47,898 bases of DNA from contig JANNTD010000127.1 of the NCBI GenBank assembly GCA_031403315.1, forward strand, positions 1 through 47,898. The letters run 5' to 3'. The notes beneath the pieces are model-generated. The model was not told where the DNA came from. It did no database searches and worked only from the letters and a program-made list of their open reading frames with translations. This DNA comes from Planctomycetota bacterium. GTDB taxonomy: Bacteria; Planctomycetota; Planctomycetia; Pirellulales; Lacipirellulaceae. Positions 43,360 through 47,898 of the stretch are shown here, piece by piece (the stretch's first letter is position 1; each line of letters begins with the position of its first letter). The translations under genes and the position numbers were made by a program.

Positions 43360-43751
43360 GGCTCGAATCGGGGGTAGAAAAGTTAGCGGCGGGGTACGCG
43401 ACTCCAAGCTCTAGGATCGATTCTGCGGAGCAGCGTCACGAAATTTTTCGGACCGGGCCGAGAAATCTGGGGGGACAGACCCCCGGCCCTGCCATGCATT
43501 GAACCCCGGGGAAGGGGCCGAAGTGCTGGTCTGGACGGAAAAAACTTGCCCCGGCCACCGCCGTTCTCCACTCGAACAATTGGCATTTGCCGCGTGGCGC
43601 CGCCCGACGCGAACCGGTCCCTCCATCATAGCAACGGAGCGGCATTCGGCGAGCGCTTTTTGGGGCGTCGAAACTCGGCGTGCGACGATTTGTCGGGCGG
43701 CAGCCGGCTCCATGTTTGGGGCAGGAACAGAGAACCAAGGAGCCACCAGCC

Positions 43752-44822
43752 ATGAATTCTAGAAAATTCCGCAGATTCGAATCTTTAGAAAACAGATTGT
43801 GTTTGTCGGTGTCGGTTGCCGTCACCGATGGCGACCTGATCGTTTCGGGCGACGCCGACGGTGCGGTCGAAATCGTCGCGGTCAGCGCGGGCGCCTACCG
43901 CGTCACCGATAACGGCGTCTTAATCGCCGATGAAACGACGCTCCTGGGCGTCACCGACGACATTCACATCGACCTCGAAGAGAGCGTCGCCGGCACCAAC
44001 GACACGGTCACGGTCGACCTCGGCGGCCAGACGGTCGACCGGGTGTATGCCGAACTCGGCGACGGCGACAACTCGTTCGAGCTCGTGAACGGCACCGCGG
44101 CCGGACTCAACTATCGCGGCGGCGACGGCATCGACAGCGTCTCGCTCGCAGCCACGATCGAGTCGCGGGCCTTCGTCTCGCTGGGCGACGGCGACAACGA
44201 TCTCACGGTCAGCGGCGAAATCGGTAACCTCTCGATTCACGGCGGCGACGGCGCCGATCTCGTGGCGATCAGCGACACGGCCGTCGTCAGCGGCGGCGTC
44301 AGCGCGCGGCTCGGCGACGGCGACAATTCGCTGACGCTCGCCGGTACCGTGGAAGGTCATTTACTCGTGTCCGCGCGCGACGGCGCCGATACCGTGACGG
44401 TTGCCGAGGGCGCCACCATTGGCAAGAGCGCGAAGATCTCGCTGGGCGACGGCGACAACTCGGCCACGATCGCCGGCACGATCGCCGGCAACCTGGCTTA
44501 CGACGGCGGCGAGGGCGACGACTCCGTGACGCTCGCCGAAACCGCCGTCATTGCCGACAACTTCTTCGCGCGGCTCGGTGAAGGCGACAACACCGTGACG
44601 CAGGCTGGCACCGTCGAGGGCAACGTCCGCGTCGTCAGCGCGAACGAAGACGACACGGTCGACGTCACCGACACCGCAGTCATCGGCGGCGCGACCGAAT
44701 TGGGCCTCGGCGAACAAGAAGAATATGGGGGCGGCTGTGGCGGTCACGGTGGCGGCGGGCTGGGTACGCTCACGCTCAACGGCCGCAATCTCGGCTTCTA
44801 CTACCGCGGCTTCCGCCGCTAA
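43752..44822 (+). CDS. RTX-like calcium-binding repeat protein with N-terminal FESLENRLCLS motif
   Basis: AAGGAG SD before ATG 43752. Recurrent GGDGIDSVS, GGDGADLVA and GGEGDDSVT fit GGxGxDxUx, alternating with LGDGDNS units. Confidence 0.7.
   Translation: MNSRKFRRFESLENRLCLSVSVAVTDGDLIVSGDADGAVEIVAVSAGAYRVTDNGVLIADETTLLGVTDDIHIDLEESVAGTNDTVTVDLGGQTVDRVYAELGDGDNSFELVNGTAAGLNYRGGDGIDSVSLAATIESRAFVSLGDGDNDLTVSGEIGNLSIHGGDGADLVAISDTAVVSGGVSARLGDGDNSLTLAGTVEGHLLVSARDGADTVTVAEGATIGKSAKISLGDGDNSATIAGTIAGNLAYDGGEGDDSVTLAETAVIADNFFARLGEGDNTVTQAGTVEGNVRVVSANEDDTVDVTDTAVIGGATELGLGEQEEYGGGCGGHGGGGLGTLTLNGRNLGFYYRGFRR
44055..44700 (+). repeat. 5 tandem coding repeats of about 126-132 bp
   Basis: The unit marker ctSggYgaMggcgacaaY occurs at 44055, 44181, 44310, 44442 and 44574. 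Confidence 0.85.
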
Positions 44823-44836
44823 ACAAAAAAGGGAGG

Positions 44837-44884
44837 GGCGAGGCTCCTGCCGAGCCTCGTGTGTGGCTCGGCAGGAGCCACGCC
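44837..44884 (+). terminator. Long perfect hairpin after the RTX-like gene
   Basis: GGCTCCTGCCGAGCC (44842-56) / loop tcgtgtgt / GGCTCGGCAGGAGCC (44865-79). The stem is extended by GGCG/CGCC around an A-A mismatch. It lies 15 nt after the stop and has no U-tract. Confidence 0.6.
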
Positions 44885-44925
44885 TTCCCAGTCATTGATT
44901 ATCAAACACAGAGGAGCACGACGTC

Positions 44926-45771
44926 ATGAAACAACTTGCCATGTCGTTTGCTGTCATCGCATTGGTCGCCCAAACCGCGCAAGCGGGTCATCTTGGCCTC
45001 GGTGGTTGGGGCGGCCCGGGTTTGGGCGGCCATCACGGCGGCTTCCAGGGTGGTGACAGAATCGGCGGCTTCGGCGGCTTCGACAGCGAGCGACTCCAAA
45101 CACGCTTCGAAACCAAATTCGAGGATCTGCAAACCGACTACGACACCGGTCTGGCCGATATCGAAGACTTCTATAGCACCGACGACTACACCGACGTCGT
45201 CGATGGCGTCGAAAACTTGGTCGATCGCTACGATTTATTCCTCAGCGGCGTCGAGCGTGCAATCGACCGGATTGGCGACTTCATCACGATCGCCAGCGAC
45301 GATCTCACGTTTTATGAAGAACTGTTGGCCGAGTACGAAGCCCGCGACGACCTGTCCGAAGAGCGACTCGATCGCATCGTCACGCGGCTCACGAATGTCC
45401 AAGACCATTTGACGTCCAAGATCGATCTGTTGACCGAAAAGCAGACGACGCTCAGCGACAACTTCGGAACCTATCATACGTTCAGCAGCGACCTGTCGGC
45501 GTATCTGGCCGAAATCCTGACGGCCGGCGGCGGTACGACCGACCTCGGCGGCACGACCGACGAGACCGTGGCCGAAATCGTCTCGGGGGCCGTGGCGCTG
45601 CGGAGCGTGGCGGAGGTCGCAGCGCTCAGCGAGGAAACGTCATTCTGCGAACCGCCGGAAGCGGCGCTAGCAGCGACCGCAGCCCCGGAGCCGGGCACGC
45701 AATTGTTGCTGGTCGTCGTGCTAGGCTTGCTGACGCTGCGGCGGCCGGCACGCGGCCGGCCGGGCGGATGA
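44926..45771 (+). CDS. Secreted Gly-rich / acidic coiled protein with PEP-CTERM-like anchor
   Basis: Signal MKQLAMSFAVIALVAQTAQA. GHLGLGGWGGPGLGGHHGGFQGG. C-terminal APEPGTQLLLVVVLGLLTLRRPARGR. Confidence 0.7.
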   Translation: MKQLAMSFAVIALVAQTAQAGHLGLGGWGGPGLGGHHGGFQGGDRIGGFGGFDSERLQTRFETKFEDLQTDYDTGLADIEDFYSTDDYTDVVDGVENLVDRYDLFLSGVERAIDRIGDFITIASDDLTFYEELLAEYEARDDLSEERLDRIVTRLTNVQDHLTSKIDLLTEKQTTLSDNFGTYHTFSSDLSAYLAEILTAGGGTTDLGGTTDETVAEIVSGAVALRSVAEVAALSEETSFCEPPEAALAATAAPEPGTQLLLVVVLGLLTLRRPARGRPGG

Positions 45772-45954
45772 GCCGCATGAATTGAACTCTCCGTAGACGC
45801 CAGCGGTGGGCCGCGAGGGAGCGCAGCCGGTTCGGCCCACCACGAACCCCAGGGGCAGGGCCCACCGCGCCGCGTCTTGCGTTTTTTAATTCTCCAAAAG
45901 AGGCATTGGCCACGGCGCTCGAAGTGCGCGACAATTAAACCGCGGCTGGGAACC

Positions 45955-47451
45955 ATGGCAAGCGATTCATCAACTTGGTCTGTGCGTTTCCGAGCGGTTC
46001 CCCCGTTCGCGGCGCTGATGTTCGTCGTGCTCCAATCGCTTCCGGCGACGGCCTACGTGCCGAACGACCGCTGGTCGGTGACCGCGTCGGGCGCTACCGG
46101 CGCGTCCGGCACACCGGTGACACTCACCTGGAGTTTCGCGTCGGATAACACGTCGATCCCCGGTGAAGGCGCGAGCAATTTCATTTCTTACTTCGACGGA
46201 CTCTTCAATGTTACGTCCGGAGGCAGCGACCTCACCCAGCGGCCCTGGTTCACGTACTTCAAACAGTCGTTCGACCGCTGGACCGCGCTCGGCGGAATCA
46301 CGTTCACCTATGAGTCGCACGACAATGGCACGTCGCTCGAGACGTCGAGCGGCGCGCTCGGCGTGCGGGGCGACGTCCGCATCGGCGGGGCGTTCGTCGA
46401 CGGCGCCAGCGGCACGCTCGCCTACACCTGGCTTCCCAACAGCGGCGACGTCGTCGTCGACACCGGTGAGACCAACTTCTATTCCAACTCGTCGAACAGC
46501 TACCGCCAGCTTCGCAACACGATCATGCACGAGCTGGGCCACGCGTTCGGCCTGTTGCACCTCGAATCGTCGACCGACGCCCTGTTGATGGAGCCGATCA
46601 TCAACCTCGGCTTCGACGGCCCACAGCTCGACGACGTCCGCGGCATCCATGGAATGTACGGCGACGCGTTCGAGAAAACCAACGGCGGACTCGGCAACGG
46701 CACCGCGGCGCGGGCCACTAGCCTCGGTGCGCTCGCCATCGGTAGCACGCTCGACGTCGGCTCCGACGCCCTCGGCGGCCAGGCGGTCGGCGCGCTCGAG
46801 ACCGACTTCGTCAGCATCGCCAATAGTGCCGACACCGATTTCTTTTCGTTCACAATCGCAGCCCCGTCGCTGCTCGACGCGACGCTCACGCCCTTGGGTG
46901 GCGTGTTCAATCAAGGCGTCGAGGGGGGCGTGCAGTCGTCGTTCAACGCCAACGCCCGCAACGATCTCACGCTCTCGGTGTTTGCCACGAACGGCACGAC
47001 GCTGCTCGGGTCGGCGAATCTCACCGCGGCCGGCGGCGTCGAATCGCTCCTGGATTTGAGCCTCGCCGCGGCGGGGAAGTACTTCGCCCGCGTCAGCGGC
47101 GCCGCCGACAACGTGCAGCTCTATCAGTTGCAACTTGCGGCGACGGCACTCTCCACCATTCTCACAGGCGACTACAACCTCGACGGCACCGTCGACGCCG
47201 CCGACTATTCGGTGTGGCGAAATTCGCTTGGCCAGGTCGGCTCGAATCTGGCCGCCGACGGCAACGGCGACGGGACCGTCAACGCCGCCGACTACAGTCT
47301 GTGGAAGTCCCACTTCGGCACGTCCGATATCGGCAGCGGCGGCATTGCCGGCGGCGGCAGCGTCCCCGAGCCCGCCGGTCTCACGCTGCTCGCCATCGCG
47401 GCATTGCTCGCGCCGCTCGCGCGCGTGCGACAAAACGTCCGCGGCGCGTGA
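45955..47451 (+). CDS. M10-type (matrixin/serralysin-like) zinc metalloprotease with dockerin-like repeats and PEP-CTERM anchor
   Basis: HELGHAFGLLH is the HExxHxxGxxH zinc site. GDYNLDGTVDAADYSVWRNSLG and GDGTVNAADYSLWKSHFG. C-terminal VPEPAGLTLLAIAALLAPLARVRQN. Start at MASDSSTW (ATG 45955). Confidence 0.85.
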   Translation: MASDSSTWSVRFRAVPPFAALMFVVLQSLPATAYVPNDRWSVTASGATGASGTPVTLTWSFASDNTSIPGEGASNFISYFDGLFNVTSGGSDLTQRPWFTYFKQSFDRWTALGGITFTYESHDNGTSLETSSGALGVRGDVRIGGAFVDGASGTLAYTWLPNSGDVVVDTGETNFYSNSSNSYRQLRNTIMHELGHAFGLLHLESSTDALLMEPIINLGFDGPQLDDVRGIHGMYGDAFEKTNGGLGNGTAARATSLGALAIGSTLDVGSDALGGQAVGALETDFVSIANSADTDFFSFTIAAPSLLDATLTPLGGVFNQGVEGGVQSSFNANARNDLTLSVFATNGTTLLGSANLTAAGGVESLLDLSLAAAGKYFARVSGAADNVQLYQLQLAATALSTILTGDYNLDGTVDAADYSVWRNSLGQVGSNLAADGNGDGTVNAADYSLWKSHFGTSDIGSGGIAGGGSVPEPAGLTLLAIAALLAPLARVRQNVRGA

Positions 47452-47670
47452 CGTACCTCCGCCAATGTCGATCACTTAGTGTAGGTGGTGCGCTGCGCTC
47501 ATTCTTTTTCTTGTCTTTTCTCCGGCAGTGCCATCAAGCATTCGCGCATCGCGCAAGATCTTGGGAATAATTGCTTTCATCCCGCGCGAAGTACTTGGCA
47601 ATCTTCGATGACGCAAGTCAACGTGACTGCGCCGCAGCCGTGACAGTTTGACAGACCAGAGGGCAAGACC

Positions 47671-47898
47671 ATGAGACGACGCAACCAGCAGCGAGAGAAT
47701 CTGAAGATCGAACAACTCGAAGCCCGGCAGATGATGGCCGCCGATTTGGAGGCAACCGCATTGCCGCTCGCTGCGACGGTCGCCGACAACACTCAGACTG
47801 TCGTTGCTTCCGACTCCGCCACGACCAATCGAAGTGCAACTCAGACGACCGCGACACGACAGAGTGTCATCTTGATTCCGATTGCCTCGGCCGAGCCG
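47671..47898 (+). CDS. 5' end of a secreted protein with N-terminal IEQLEARQMMAA motif (runs off window)
   Basis: ATG 47671 is open to the window end (76 codons, no stop, so absent from the ORF track). MRRRNQQRENLKIEQLEARQMMAADLE carries the same basic-plus-LExRxxxxA motif as the proteins starting at 40051 and 43752. Confidence 0.45.
   Translation, partial: MRRRNQQRENLKIEQLEARQMMAADLEATALPLAATVADNTQTVVASDSATTNRSATQTTATRQSVILIPIASAEP

Noticed and set aside
45970-47475. 501-aa minus-strand ORF
   Set aside because: Antisense to the M10 protease gene (HELGHAFGLLH). The product is Arg/Gly/Glu-rich and low in complexity.

Overview
GC-rich chromosomal segment that looks like a Planctomycetota (Pirellulales-type) genome. 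Evidence: two DUF1559 / H-X9-DG pseudopilin-like genes, six PEP-CTERM and dockerin-type secreted proteins, three Hanks-type kinase genes, two ECF sigma factors, a sulfatase and several glycoside hydrolases. No homology search was possible, so every family call rests on motifs read from the supplied translations. No rRNA, tRNA, CRISPR array, transposase or integrase was recognised.

Layout, left to right:
- 1-700: two tandem Flp-like pilin genes.
- 1097-2510: a small membrane / winged-helix regulator operon.
- 2671-3795: an isolated CpaF-class ATPase, divergent from a pseudokinase-FGE fusion (3977-6484).
- 6484-7300: a gene-free gap full of short word-like repeats.
- 7301-10230: a visibly less GC-rich type II restriction-modification cassette that has replaced most of a type III-like mod gene.
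- 10698-16404: msrB, a GH63-like glucosidase, and a small ORF plus AAA+ ATPase pair.
- 17459-20102: a DUF1559 module.
- 20584-26449: a signalling locus of REC-degenerate GGDEF-CBS, FHA-degenerate EAL, and a Ser/Thr kinase fused to a tubulin/FtsZ-like GTPase module.
- 26478-38676: an ECF sigma / FecR glycan-utilisation locus.
- 38711-43359: an ECF sigma - Ser/Thr kinase - secreted protein operon whose sigma gene carries an in-frame TAA.
- 43752-47898: secreted RTX-like, PEP-CTERM and M10 protease genes.

The best candidate for an undescribed system is the FHA / kinase-tubulin-like locus at 22265-26449 together with its divergent neighbour. Most long ORFs on the strand opposite these genes are high-GC shadow ORFs and were rejected.
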